The notes beneath the pieces are model-generated. The model made no database searches and was not told where the DNA came from. It worked only from the letters and a program-made list of their open reading frames with translations. DNA of 64,000 nt, from contig JAOPTT010000010.1 in the NCBI GenBank assembly GCA_051531975.1, positions 226,678 to 290,677 of the forward strand, read 5' to 3'. Position numbers and translations under genes: made by a program. The stretch's first letter is position 1. Each line of letters opens with the position of its first letter. Source of the DNA: Spirochaetaceae bacterium (lineage in GTDB: Bacteria > Spirochaetota > Spirochaetia > DSM-2461). This document shows positions 51,569-61,224 of the stretch, piece after piece.

Positions 51569-51721
51569 TTTTAACAAAGTCTTGGAACAGACTTCACCTT
51601 TATCACTATTCTTGCAAAATAAAAACTAAACCTCTAGTTCCACACCCTAACTTAAAATGACTAGCTTAAATACAAGAATAGCGCCAACAGAGACGGCTTG
51701 CTGCTCAAGAAAGCGTAAAAA
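51569..51721 (+). other. attC site with degenerate R' core
   Basis: TTTTAAC-AAAG-TCTTG(G)AACAG...CTATTCTTG/CAAGAATAG...CTGCTCAAGA-AAGC-GTAAAAA. Confidence 0.7.
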
Positions 51722-51728
51722 CTTATAA

Positions 51729-51756
51729 AGTAGACAGAATGATAATTATCGGAAGT
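51729..51756 (-). other. dif-like site (TTATCA), best match to consensus
   Basis: ACTTCCGATAA TTATCA TTCTGTCTACT. Confidence 0.8.
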
Positions 51757-52178
51757 TGAGCATCTCACTACTGAATGTGAAGATCCTATTATTGTAACTG
51801 ATTAAATTACAAAGATTGCATATAAGGTATAAATTATCACACCTATTATAATAGTTATTTGGATCTCCTTTTTATCCAAATTATTATCGCGCTTACGGCC
51901 CCAACTTCGTATGAAAATATTAACTAATATAAATGCAAATGGTAAAAGATACTTTAATATAATATTATCTGTTATCACTTCAATATCGCTCCTTTTTATT
52001 TACGTGTATTTCTCAATTTGTATAATTCTATCTTCTATAGTATCAGCACTATAGATATCATAAAACACAATAGGACTATTATTTATACATAAAGTAGGTT
52101 AATAAAAAAGTAACTAATAATTACTATGTTGTGCTATATTTGAAGTATAAAAATTATAAGAACTGGAGATTATCAATA

Positions 52179-53060
52179 ATGAAAAGAATTAGCCAATTGT
52201 TATTAGTTACCTTACTTGTTTTAGGTTGCGCTTTGGATGATGAATCTGAAAGTGTAGACAGAACAGTTATGGTTTCAATAACTGGTGGTACATTTCAACA
52301 AGCCACAGATTTTAACCATACTATCTCAGATTTTAGTATAGGAAAATACGAAGTTACATATGGATTATGGTATGAAGTTTATTCTTGGGCTATAGCTAAC
52401 GAATATGTTTTTGCTAACGAAGGAACAGAAGGCCATGATGGATCGTCAGGAGCAGCACCTACAACTGCTGAAGATGAACCAGTAACAGAAGTAAACTGGA
52501 GAGACATGATAATTTGGTGCAATGCTTATAGTGAAAAAAATGATGTTACACCTGTATATGAAGATTCTCTAGGTAATGTAATAAAAAACTCTAGTGATAG
52601 TAACGCTGCAGTATTTGATTCCTTAATTCCAAATAATCTAAATGCAGGTTATAGATTGCCAACAGAAGGTGAGTGGTTATTTGCTGCAAGGGGAGGGAAC
52701 ATTAGTAATAGTTATATATATTCAGGAAGTAATACAATAGATGATGTTGCATGGTATTATGATAATTCTTATTCAATAGGCACCCATAATGTTGGTGAAA
52801 AGCAGGCTAATGAACTTGGACTTTATGACATGACTGGGAATGTGACAGAAAGTTGTTTTGATGGATATACTGACTATCCAAGTGATACTACTGATTATAT
52901 TGCATCAAACTCTTACCCAGACTCAGATTTTTATCGTATTTATAGCGGTGGTTGTTGGTCTCAAACTAGTGACTACTGTGAGTTTCCTGATCGAGACCGA
53001 TACAACTCTCGTTCATCTTCAAGTGGTACAACCTCTGGTTTTCGGATTGCACAAAACTAA
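52179..53060 (+). CDS. FGE-sulfatase (SUMF1/CLec-fold) domain lipoprotein
   Basis: Lipobox VLGC, GKYEVT, RLPTEGEW, NELGLYDMTGNV.E, GFRIA. Confidence 0.9.
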   Translation: MKRISQLLLVTLLVLGCALDDESESVDRTVMVSITGGTFQQATDFNHTISDFSIGKYEVTYGLWYEVYSWAIANEYVFANEGTEGHDGSSGAAPTTAEDEPVTEVNWRDMIIWCNAYSEKNDVTPVYEDSLGNVIKNSSDSNAAVFDSLIPNNLNAGYRLPTEGEWLFAARGGNISNSYIYSGSNTIDDVAWYYDNSYSIGTHNVGEKQANELGLYDMTGNVTESCFDGYTDYPSDTTDYIASNSYPDSDFYRIYSGGCWSQTSDYCEFPDRDRYNSRSSSSGTTSGFRIAQN

Positions 53061-53074
53061 GAAGTAATATTTAT

Positions 53075-53110
53075 ATCTTCTAATCTGAAAAAGAATGCAG
53101 ATTAGAAGAT
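53075..53110 (+). terminator. Stem-loop after FGE gene
   Basis: ATCTTCTAATCTG...CAGATTAGAAGAT. Confidence 0.6.
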
Positions 53111-53165
53111 AACATTTCAGTTCAGAATCGAGTTATAGGTACCTTTTTTAAGCCTTAATATTCTA

Positions 53166-53193
53166 GATAAACAGAAGATAGGTTATAAGAATA
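53166..53193 (-). other. Degenerate dif-like site
   Basis: TATTCTTATAA CCTATC TTCTGTTTATC. Confidence 0.45.
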
Positions 53194-53283
53194 GCACTCG
53201 CTAGAATCATCGGTTGTAAGTTGTCATCTATCCCATTATAAAATCCACCATACTATCACTAGCTTCTTACACTCTAATGCACC

Positions 53284-53328
53284 CCAAGATTCATTACTGA
53301 AAATCCTATTCAAGACGGTAATTATGGT
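53284..53328 (+). pseudogene. Rhs core remnant
   Basis: Encodes PRFITENPIQDGNYG. Confidence 0.55.
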
Positions 53329-53423
53329 GCTTTAAAACAGTGTGAATATTATACCGTATTTGGTGATATAATAATTCCATTATATTTCTTTACTTGATAA
53401 TAAAATCATTTTCCATCATGTGA

Positions 53424-53678
53424 TTAGTAAATCTTAATTTTTAGTATTCTGTTACACCCTAAACATTTGTACCTGTAAAAAGGTCTGTGTCCGCCTTTAG
53501 AATCTATTCCTTTTGTCATTTCCCATTTGGATTGTCCACATCTTTTACATGTTTGGATTTTCACAGCATAGTTACATCTAAAACATTTAAATTTTGTATT
53601 ATTAACATCTTTTGTATTAGGTATATCATTCCAATTTGATGAGTGACATTTAGGACAAGTTAAATAGCTATTTTCCAT
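53424..53678 (-). CDS. Small Cys-rich zinc-finger protein
   Basis: Four CxxC motifs. Confidence 0.65.
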   Translation of the reverse strand: MENSYLTCPKCHSSNWNDIPNTKDVNNTKFKCFRCNYAVKIQTCKRCGQSKWEMTKGIDSKGGHRPFYRYKCLGCNRILKIKIY

Positions 53679-53767
53679 TGAATAAAATTATACAAGATAT
53701 TATAGGATTCTATCTATAACAATTTAGAATTGTTGAATTTATAGTATTAGTTTCATTTTACAGATTA

Positions 53768-53795
53768 GCTTCTGATAATTATCATTCCGTCTACT
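53768..53795 (+). other. dif-like site (TTATCA)
   Basis: GCTTCTGATAA TTATCA TTCCGTCTACT. Confidence 0.8.
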
Positions 53796-53824
53796 AACTA
53801 TTAATTTTACAATCACAGACTCTA

Positions 53825-54661
53825 TTAACTTAAACCACATCTATTAATAATTTCCATCGTTTTTTGGTCAGAATCAAAGTTGATTGACAAATTTCTGTTT
53901 TCGATAGAAATTTTATCGTTTAATAAAATCATCTTTTGGTTTTTCATGATCTTATCTTTGTTTATAATTAGTTTGGTCTTCAGGCTTTCTTCAATCTCTA
54001 TTTTACCTTCTAAATGATCCTTCAAAGTTCCAAGTTTTAATATCTTAACAGCAGTTTTAGGACCGATAGATTTTATTCCACTTATATTGTCACTATTGTC
54101 TCCAACTAAAGTTTTGTAATCAATAATTTGGTTAGGTGCCACACAAAATCTTTTAAAGACTTCATCTTCTGTAAAGTGTATACTCTTCTTTCCTCTAGGG
54201 CTATACAAAGTTATATTTGGGGTTATTAGCTGTAGAAAATCCCTATCAGTTGATAATATAGTTATTTCATTATCATCAGTATAATATCTGCATAAAGAAG
54301 CAATATAATCATCAGCTTCAAACTCAGTCACCTCTGTGTATTCAATTTTCATATATTCGAGTATCTGATATATATATCCTAGTTGTTCGAACGGATTTTC
54401 TTCAGCTGGGACTGTATTATAATCAATTCTATTTTTTTTATAGTTGTTGTCAATTAACTGATTTGCACTTGAACTATTTTCACTATCAAATACGATTATA
54501 AGTTTATCAACCAAATTGCTGTTAATATATTTAAGTAACCCGCCTAAAAATCCTATCACAGCTCTAATATCTTTTCCTTCTGAGTTTAGTATAGGTGCGG
54601 GTATTCCATAATACATTCTAAACAATAGATTATGTCCATCAACTATAAGTAGTTTGTCCAT
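53825..54661 (-). CDS. Stand-alone 5'-3' exonuclease / flap endonuclease (start at MDKLL)
   Basis: LIVDGHNL, FEADDYIA, STDRDFLQ, LVGDNSDNISG. Confidence 0.92.
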   Translation of the reverse strand: MDKLLIVDGHNLLFRMYYGIPAPILNSEGKDIRAVIGFLGGLLKYINSNLVDKLIIVFDSENSSSANQLIDNNYKKNRIDYNTVPAEENPFEQLGYIYQILEYMKIEYTEVTEFEADDYIASLCRYYTDDNEITILSTDRDFLQLITPNITLYSPRGKKSIHFTEDEVFKRFCVAPNQIIDYKTLVGDNSDNISGIKSIGPKTAVKILKLGTLKDHLEGKIEIEESLKTKLIINKDKIMKNQKMILLNDKISIENRNLSINFDSDQKTMEIINRCGLS

Positions 54662-54808
54662 TTTTGATCCTTTTAAACAGCAAAACGTTTTGTGTAATAT
54701 ATTAAACAACTTCCGGTAACTACTTTTCTTCAACCTAACTATATTTTTAATTTTGCTAATAATAAATATTATAAAAATTATAAATATAACAACCAAGAAT
54801 CGATTAGC

Positions 54809-55258
54809 CTACTTGATAGCTATACTTAAATATGTCAATAAAGATTCTACATCTTCAATAATTTGATCTAAAGGAACCTTTATCATGGGATTTAATCTAG
54901 ATCCTAGAAATGCAGCTCTAATATCTGTCTGAAGACCTATTAATAGTTTATCTGCATTAGTTAAATATTTTTGTGTATAAGCAATACCAAGTTCTACACA
55001 TGCACCTTCATCAGGAACCCTACCGTCTAATACAAATAAAAAAATATCACACTCTAATATTTTATTCCTATCTAGAGAAAAAATTGCGAGTCTTCTTTCA
55101 TCTTTAGGCATACTGTCATATGGTGGTTTATCTTTTTCTGCTCCATCTCTCTGAGGTAAAAAAACTTCGTATCCTAGTTTTTCTAATTCTATTGTTAGAT
55201 TTAAATTGAAATCTCTTTCTGATTTACAAAAAAGAGGACCTGCAAAATATATTTTCAT
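54809..55258 (-). CDS. Nucleoside 2-deoxyribosyltransferase family protein
   Basis: IYFAGPLF, VFLPQ, DEGACVELGIAY, NPMI. Confidence 0.9.
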   Translation of the reverse strand: MKIYFAGPLFCKSERDFNLNLTIELEKLGYEVFLPQRDGAEKDKPPYDSMPKDERRLAIFSLDRNKILECDIFLFVLDGRVPDEGACVELGIAYTQKYLTNADKLLIGLQTDIRAAFLGSRLNPMIKVPLDQIIEDVESLLTYLSIAIK

Positions 55259-55466
55259 TTAACCTCCATATTGTAACATATCCATTCATGATGGGATTCT
55301 ACGATTAATTACAAAATTACATGTTTACTTAGATTATGTCTAATACTTTTACTCGGGACTTAGTGTCCAATTAATCGTACCTCTTTCTAAACACTAAAAA
55401 AGTAAAGAGTTGAATAAAGCTTTGTTTGGAAGAGAATAGTTAGCCTAAATATAAATCGTAATAAAT

Positions 55467-55846
55467 TTACTTAATGGTTTCGACAACCCAATTAAAGACA
55501 TCCTCTGATATCTCTACTGCTGTATTATATTCATCTTCAGTTATTTCATAGTAATCGTCTGGATACCTAGTTGTAACAGCATAGTTATTTAACCTTACAC
55601 AAACTCTTACATTGTCAGGAACAGGTAGGCTTTTCATTATAATCTGAATTAGTTCATTTAAGTAATGTGTTTTGGGAGGGTTAAGTCCTAAATGAATCAT
55701 AAGACCTTTTAATGCTTTTCTGCAGACTGTTGAGTGTTAAAACATAGGTCTTCATAAAGGATATTCTCTATTTTAGCTATTTTTGATAGTTCCAAAGAGC
55801 CTTGAGCTCTTCTCATCCACTCTTTTACATCTCTACTCTTATCCAT
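55467..55846 (-). pseudogene. HEPN-domain protein, frameshifted
   Basis: MDKSRDVKEW...QQSAEK then 1-nt loss near 55716; LKGLMIHLG...KTH...RYP continues in another frame. Confidence 0.8.
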
Positions 55847-56156
55847 ATATTGTAACCCCTTGATTATCAACATCATTATAAATCATGTATGGGTTATCTT
55901 TATTTTTTTCAAACTTTTCAGGACTGGATGCGACTATATCTACTGAGTTTCCAACTTCGATATCTAATAATGCCATATATATATCAGCAGAGACCACTCG
56001 TTCATTTGTAATTCCACTCTTGATTACAAAGATATCATAGTCACTATCGTCTCTATTTTTACCAGTTGCACGAGATCCAAACAATATAATCTTATCTGGG
56101 TGTACTGTCTTAATTATTATGTCTCTTATCTGATCTAATGTTTTATCCTGATTCAT
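55839..56156 (-). CDS. Minimal nucleotidyltransferase (MNT)
   Basis: ILFGSRATG...DSDYDI. Confidence 0.92.
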   Translation of the reverse strand: MNQDKTLDQIRDIIIKTVHPDKIILFGSRATGKNRDDSDYDIFVIKSGITNERVVSADIYMALLDIEVGNSVDIVASSPEKFEKNKDNPYMIYNDVDNQGVTIYG

Positions 56157-56246
56157 AATTTATAGTATAACTGATAAGGTACAAGATCAATTATTAATAA
56201 ATAAAAATATTAGAAAATTTGAAAATATATGATTTGATTTTTTGGG

Positions 56247-56294
56247 TGTTCAGAAAACGAACGATTCTTTAAACATATTAGTAATGACTTTATT
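56247..56294. repeat. Second copy of res crossover-like site
   Basis: TGTTCAGAAAACGAACGATT...ACAT...GTAATG.CTTTATT matches 50633-50681. Confidence 0.7.
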
Positions 56295-56313
56295 ATACCA
56301 AATTTATATTACA

Positions 56314-56919
56314 TCAAGTATTGTTATAAATTAACTTATCAAATTTTATTACTGATTCTTTATTCAAATTATCATCGTATATATCTGATTCAAAAAATCT
56401 ACTATTGTTACCTGTTAAATAGCCTTCTATTAATTCCATTGCCATAATAGCTGGATAATTGTCTCCATTTCTATCACTAATGGAATATTTTGCAGCTTCT
56501 ACAAATCCAAATTGTGGGTAATATTCCGGCCGACCGAAGAAAACTATTGCTCCATAACCGAGTTCTGTTGCTTTTTTTATAGTTGTATTCATAAGTAATT
56601 TACCGACTCCTTTTCGTTGGTATTTCGGTAATACACTAAACGGCCCAAATGTCAAAACATCTATTTTCCGATCGTTGCTTGTTAAAATATAGGCTTTCGT
56701 AAATATAATATGGCCTATTATACTGTTATCAACCTCTGAAACGTAGCTTAATTCCTTAATCCCGTCTTTATTTCTAAATTCATGGACCATCCAATGTTCG
56801 TATGGGCAACCTATCCCCCCACGTTCAATTCTTCCTGGATATGAAAATGCCTCTCTTGTAATATCTTCAACCTTTTTATAGTCTTGTTCTTCTTCAAGTC
56901 TAACGTTTATTATCATCAA
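56314..56919 (-). CDS. GNAT acetyltransferase (YhbS-like)
   Basis: GPFSVLPKYQRKGVG, G.PEYYPQFGF. Confidence 0.9.
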   Translation of the reverse strand: MMIINVRLEEEQDYKKVEDITREAFSYPGRIERGGIGCPYEHWMVHEFRNKDGIKELSYVSEVDNSIIGHIIFTKAYILTSNDRKIDVLTFGPFSVLPKYQRKGVGKLLMNTTIKKATELGYGAIVFFGRPEYYPQFGFVEAAKYSISDRNGDNYPAIMAMELIEGYLTGNNSRFFESDIYDDNLNKESVIKFDKLIYNNT

Positions 56920-57139
56920 ATCCCCTTTTAAATATACTATTTTTGCTCACTTGATGTGAATGAAAATTTCCATATTCATATGACAAACTAATTGAAATTT
57001 TATTTTGATTACAATCTCAATTCACTGAATATAATTCTTTGACATTAGAATTAGAGTTATATTGATTGAAATAAATATTAAATATGTTTATGACATATCG
57101 TTATATTTAGTCTATTATACTAAATATTAAGGAATAATT

Positions 57140-57832
57140 ATGAAAAAAAATATAATAAGTCTTTTGATCTTTTTGGGTCTATCATTTTCTATTTTTACAC
57201 AAGAAATATATTTAAGAGAAGCCATTTTTACTCCAACTGCATATACACCCCTTTCCAAAAATGCCAAAGGAAGTGAAAAGAATTTAAGAATGGGATTGTA
57301 CGGAGCAATATTATATTTACCTAGAGAAGAAATTGAGGATATTTCAGGTCAATCTCTTTCAGTTTTTAATTTTAATTTGAAATGGAAAATTATTGAAGAT
57401 AAAGGATTATTTGCTTTAGCTACAGGATTTAATGGTTTTTATCCATTTGGAATTACTCCCTCTTATATGGAAGATGAGATTTTTGGTTCTATGTATTTAA
57501 GTATTGGTAAAGCATTTAATATATTTAATTTTAATGGTTCTATACTATATGGGACACTCATCGATGTCTTCAATTTTTATTCTGATGATAGTGATGAATT
57601 ATCAAAAGAACCATTTCCATCATTAAGTGGAAATATGGTGATTAATCTAACAGACTGGTCAGATTACAAACTTGAATTTATAAAACCATTATTAAGTGAT
57701 GATTATTTAATTGCGACTAGCTTTGCTGTAAATGCCCTTTATGATCACATCTGTTGGGATCTAGGAATAGTAACAAGATCTGGTAGTGAACGAGATATAG
57801 AATATTTTGTATTATGTAAAATCAAACTATAG
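57140..57832 (+). CDS. Secreted/outer-membrane hypothetical protein
   Basis: Signal peptide, alternating beta-strand pattern. Confidence 0.65.
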   Translation: MKKNIISLLIFLGLSFSIFTQEIYLREAIFTPTAYTPLSKNAKGSEKNLRMGLYGAILYLPREEIEDISGQSLSVFNFNLKWKIIEDKGLFALATGFNGFYPFGITPSYMEDEIFGSMYLSIGKAFNIFNFNGSILYGTLIDVFNFYSDDSDELSKEPFPSLSGNMVINLTDWSDYKLEFIKPLLSDDYLIATSFAVNALYDHICWDLGIVTRSGSERDIEYFVLCKIKL

Positions 57833-57988
57833 TCATTTTAACATCAGTAACAAGAATATTAGATCTTTAGATCTCCAAATATAAATGAACTTTGTTTATT
57901 ATTTAAAGTATTATTTATTGGAATCAAAGCCGCAATTTAGCGAACTTGATAGAGCTATAAAAAATCTAGAAAAGGAAGGTTCTAATCA

Positions 57989-58489
57989 TTGAAATTAAGT
58001 TTTATACCACTAAAAGAAAATCATGCAAAAGATTTACTTCCAATTTGGCAAGATTTAGATGTTATTAAGTATACCTATATTAAAAACATTACAGATATTG
58101 AATCAGCAAAACAGAAAATCAGGCATTACTTAAATTATAATTATGGAACGATAGGTCCCTTTGTCGTAAAGGTAAACGACAAAGTTATTGGTTTGGCTGC
58201 TGGAATGTCCCCAAAGGGTAAATCAAAGACATCAGAAATCTTTTTTCACTTTGAAAAGTCTTCATGGAGAAAAGGATATGGTACACAAACAGTTTACTTT
58301 CTTCTTAAGCATGGTTTTGTTAAAAATCAATTAGAGGAAATCCAAGCACAAGCTATTGTAGATAATATTGGAAGTTGGGGTTTATTAGAAAAGGTTGGGT
58401 TTATTAATAAATCATTAAAGAAAAAGTCCTTTAAAAATGAGATAGATGTATATTCATACTCAATATCTATTAGTGATTATCATAAATAA
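57989..58489 (+). CDS. GNAT acetyltransferase, RimJ/RimL family
   Basis: WRKGYGT, N.GS..LLEKVGF. Confidence 0.88.
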   Translation: MKLSFIPLKENHAKDLLPIWQDLDVIKYTYIKNITDIESAKQKIRHYLNYNYGTIGPFVVKVNDKVIGLAAGMSPKGKSKTSEIFFHFEKSSWRKGYGTQTVYFLLKHGFVKNQLEEIQAQAIVDNIGSWGLLEKVGFINKSLKKKSFKNEIDVYSYSISISDYHK

Positions 58490-58532
58490 TAAATATATTA
58501 CTAAGAGTAATGTAAGTTCCAGCTTTAATATA

Positions 58533-58647
58533 ATCAATAATAGCAACAGTGATGATTTTTAAATATAAGAAGTAGTGATACATTATATGTATGGGTGTAA
58601 TAAATGTAAAAATTAAAGTTTATGTTAGAGTTCAAGGGGTCTGCTTT
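58533..58647 (+). pseudogene. Duplicated 5' part of acylphosphatase gene with its upstream region
   Basis: Near-identical to 61167-61281 (MGVINVKIKVYVRVQGVCF). Confidence 0.85.
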
Positions 58648-58734
58648 GGAGTTGGAAATGGAAAGTACTTTTCCCTATATCAATAGTGGATAGCTGTAGA
58701 GGACTTTCTCCTCATAAGTATTAACCCATGTCGG

Positions 58735-58856
58735 GTGTACCAAAAGTATGGAGCTGACCGTCTTTTGGTACATATCCTGAATGAAAAATGCAAGATAAGC
58801 GCCAATCCTTCCACTTCGTTCCAGGCACAAGCCGGTAGCTCATACAGACGTTAAAA
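58735..58856 (+). other. Orphan attC site
   Basis: GTGTACC-AAA-GTATG(G)AGCT(G)ACCG...CGGTAGCTCATAC-AGAC-GTTAAAA; two unpaired bases. Confidence 0.75.
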
Positions 58857-58906
58857 AGACACCATAATTTGTGCTTTAAATTGTTGTTGATAGTATCATA
58901 GGAATA

Positions 58907-59110
58907 TTAATAGCGAATAAAGATAGAATTCTTTATATCTGATATAGGAATATTTAATGCTTTAGCTAATTTTACCAAAGTTGATATTTTGGGATCATTT
59001 ATTTTAATTAAACTTTCAAGATTTTGAATGTGTTTATAATCTATTCCAGACATACTTGCTAATTGTTCTTGGGTTAGACTTCTTACAATTCTTTTTTCTT
59101 TTATAAATAA
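58907..59110 (-). pseudogene. XRE-family HTH protein lacking a clear start
   Basis: LFIKEKR..RSLTQEQLASMSGIDYKHIQNLE...PKISTLVKLAKALNI. Confidence 0.7.
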
Positions 59111-59340
59111 TGAATGAACTTCAAAATATCCTAAGAAAAAAATATGAAGCAGAAACAGACTTAATCATTAACAAAGATGATACAAATTGGGTCAAATATT
59201 GTAATTGGTTAAAAAAAATAAAAATTACTGAGATGAATAAAGAGATCTTCATAGAAAATATATTCTTAAAAAGAAAAATGAATAAAGCTTTAGAGATTAT
59301 TTATGATGGGCTTTCCTCACGACCTAATGAGTTTATATAA
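59110..59340 (+). CDS. Hypothetical protein
   Basis: 76-aa ORF, no recognised motif. Confidence 0.4.
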   Translation: MNELQNILRKKYEAETDLIINKDDTNWVKYCNWLKKIKITEMNKEIFIENIFLKRKMNKALEIIYDGLSSRPNEFI

Positions 59341-59461
59341 TCTATTAGAAATGACCCCTAAGTATCTCCTATTTGATATAATATTTACTCCATAGAGTGA
59401 ATTCATTTATTGGAAAAAAATAGGTTTCGAAGACATTGGAAATAGAATTTATAGAGTGTAT

Positions 59462-59489
59462 TTTAAACTGAGTGATAATTATCAGAGGT
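59462..59489 (-). other. dif-like site (TTATCA)
   Basis: ACCTCTGATAA TTATCA CTCAGTTTAAA. Confidence 0.6.
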
Positions 59490-59521
59490 TGTTATATCCA
59501 GTAACCGGGACGATATTACTG

Positions 59522-59593
59522 CAATACTAGATGTTATAACCCACACTATGTTAGATTTATTACTGAAGATCCTATTAAAGATGATATAAATTG
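59522..59593 (+). pseudogene. Rhs core remnant
   Basis: Encodes NTRCYNPHYVRFITEDPIKDDIN. Confidence 0.7.
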
Positions 59594-59879
59594 AATTATC
59601 TGCTCAACTTTTATTATTTTTTAGTTAATTCTTTTTTAGGAATATATTGTTTAGATTACTATAATCAGTGGCTTTGAAGTATATATCATCCTGCTTTGTT
59701 CCATGAGTAGTAGGATCATAGTTGTCTAAAAAAAGATTATATTTAAAATTCCCATAGGTAGCACTGGTCTCTATGTACAAGATAATAATAGGGGTGATCG
59801 AGGTTTCACTTCTTATCAAAAATTGAATAATGAGAATTGTATTCTTCCTTTAAAGAATTATATTTATAAATTATCATTT

Positions 59880-60464
59880 TCATTTGAACTTTCTTAAATA
59901 ATTATTAACAATTTTATTGGCTTGATCTTGTAGATTCCCTGGTTGCCTATCAAACCAACCTAAACCATTGAATCTTTTTGTTTCTAAAACTGACGTTTTG
60001 TCACGCCATCCAATGACATTTGTTTCCTTTGGTAGTTCCTTTTTCCAATCTGAAATATAGTCTCCCTGGTGGCAGTTCTCAAAAATAACTGTTTCTAAGT
60101 TTTTGCTTACATTAATATATTTTAAATCATAAGGAGTTAGTCTTTTATCATCAGAAGTTTGGATCATCGCACTTCTCTTACCATGGCCACTAATAACAAT
60201 CATTCTAGCTTCTTGATCTGTAAATGCATCTAAAACATCTTGCTTTGTTGCATCATAATCAACAACAACTTCCAAACCATTTTCTCTAAGATATTTAACT
60301 TCTTGCTTAATAGAATTTAGTTCACGATTTTTCATTTTTTGATCTTTTTTTGAATCTGACTTATAGACGTACAAGAAATAAACTTGAGCTAACCTATTCG
60401 GATCTATAAAGTTAATCGGATTCTTTTCTATATGCTTATCCAAGGTGCCACTATATTTAGTCAT
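59880..60464 (-). CDS. Orphan Rhs C-terminal tip, putative caspase/clan-CD-like peptidase
   Basis: NPINFIDPNRL junction motif; IVISGHG and VIFENCH His/Cys dyad pattern. Confidence 0.65.
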   Translation of the reverse strand: MTKYSGTLDKHIEKNPINFIDPNRLAQVYFLYVYKSDSKKDQKMKNRELNSIKQEVKYLRENGLEVVVDYDATKQDVLDAFTDQEARMIVISGHGKRSAMIQTSDDKRLTPYDLKYINVSKNLETVIFENCHQGDYISDWKKELPKETNVIGWRDKTSVLETKRFNGLGWFDRQPGNLQDQANKIVNNYLRKFK

Positions 60465-60534
60465 TTTAATACTTTAACCCTTAATTATTATCTGTGCCAC
60501 CTAATTAAATTAATCTAGATTAAATTTTGATAAG

Positions 60535-60562
60535 AGTTGACTTAGTGATAATTATTGGAAGT
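60535..60562 (-). other. dif-like site (TTATCA)
   Basis: ACTTCCAATAA TTATCA CTAAGTCAACT. Confidence 0.7.
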
Positions 60563-60587
60563 AAATTTTATTCTAACTTCCTTGAAC

Positions 60588-61080
60588 TTAACCTCTGTAA
60601 TTCACTATTTCATTTAACAAAGCCTCTAGACTTTCAACTGGACAGTCTCCATTAACCCCATTTACAGCTGTTTATCATAAGTCGTCCATCATCCCTTTTA
60701 TAAGTATTTATTAAATACCTAACTTCGTGGCGAAACTCTTCTGGTGTACCCCAGAGGATAATTTTTTGTACATCAAAACCGGCTAGTATTCAGATTTTGT
60801 CACCATAGTTCTCAGCGACCTGTTTTTCGTCCATTGTATGCTTTTGTATAGGATGAATAACATCGATACCACACTCTACATAAAAAGGAAGAAAGTTTGA
60901 TACATTCCCACAGGTATGAAGCCAGAAGTGTACTCCTTTTTCATGGCATGCTTCTGCTATTCTTTTGTAATAACGATAGAAAAATTCTATAAAAATATCA
61001 TTAGAAAAAAAGGACTGGTCTGCATACCTACATCATCAGTTGTGAAAATACCAACTAGAGAGAGTTCTTTTACAGACCGT
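60588..61080 (-). pseudogene. Uroporphyrinogen decarboxylase/MtaA-family fragment
   Basis: GIFTTDDVGMQ...FWLHTCGNV...GIDVIHPIQ...GTPEE; internal TGA near 60790, no 5' part. Confidence 0.8.
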
Positions 61081-61224
61081 TTGCTATCCCTCTTAGTGAA
61101 TTACGGGGCATAAATGTAATAGAGTAAAATTCTATGAAATAATTAGTATCTATCTACTTTTACAAGATCAATAATAGCAACAGTATTGATTTTTAAATAT
61201 AAGAAGTAGTGATACATTATATGT

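Noticed and set aside
52179..53110. FGE/CLec lipoprotein as a diversity-generating retroelement target
   Set aside because: No reverse transcriptase and no adenine-variant template repeat seen in the window; a remote DGR cannot be excluded.
60916..61113. 65-aa plus-strand ORF
   Set aside because: Antisense to the UroD-family pseudogene.
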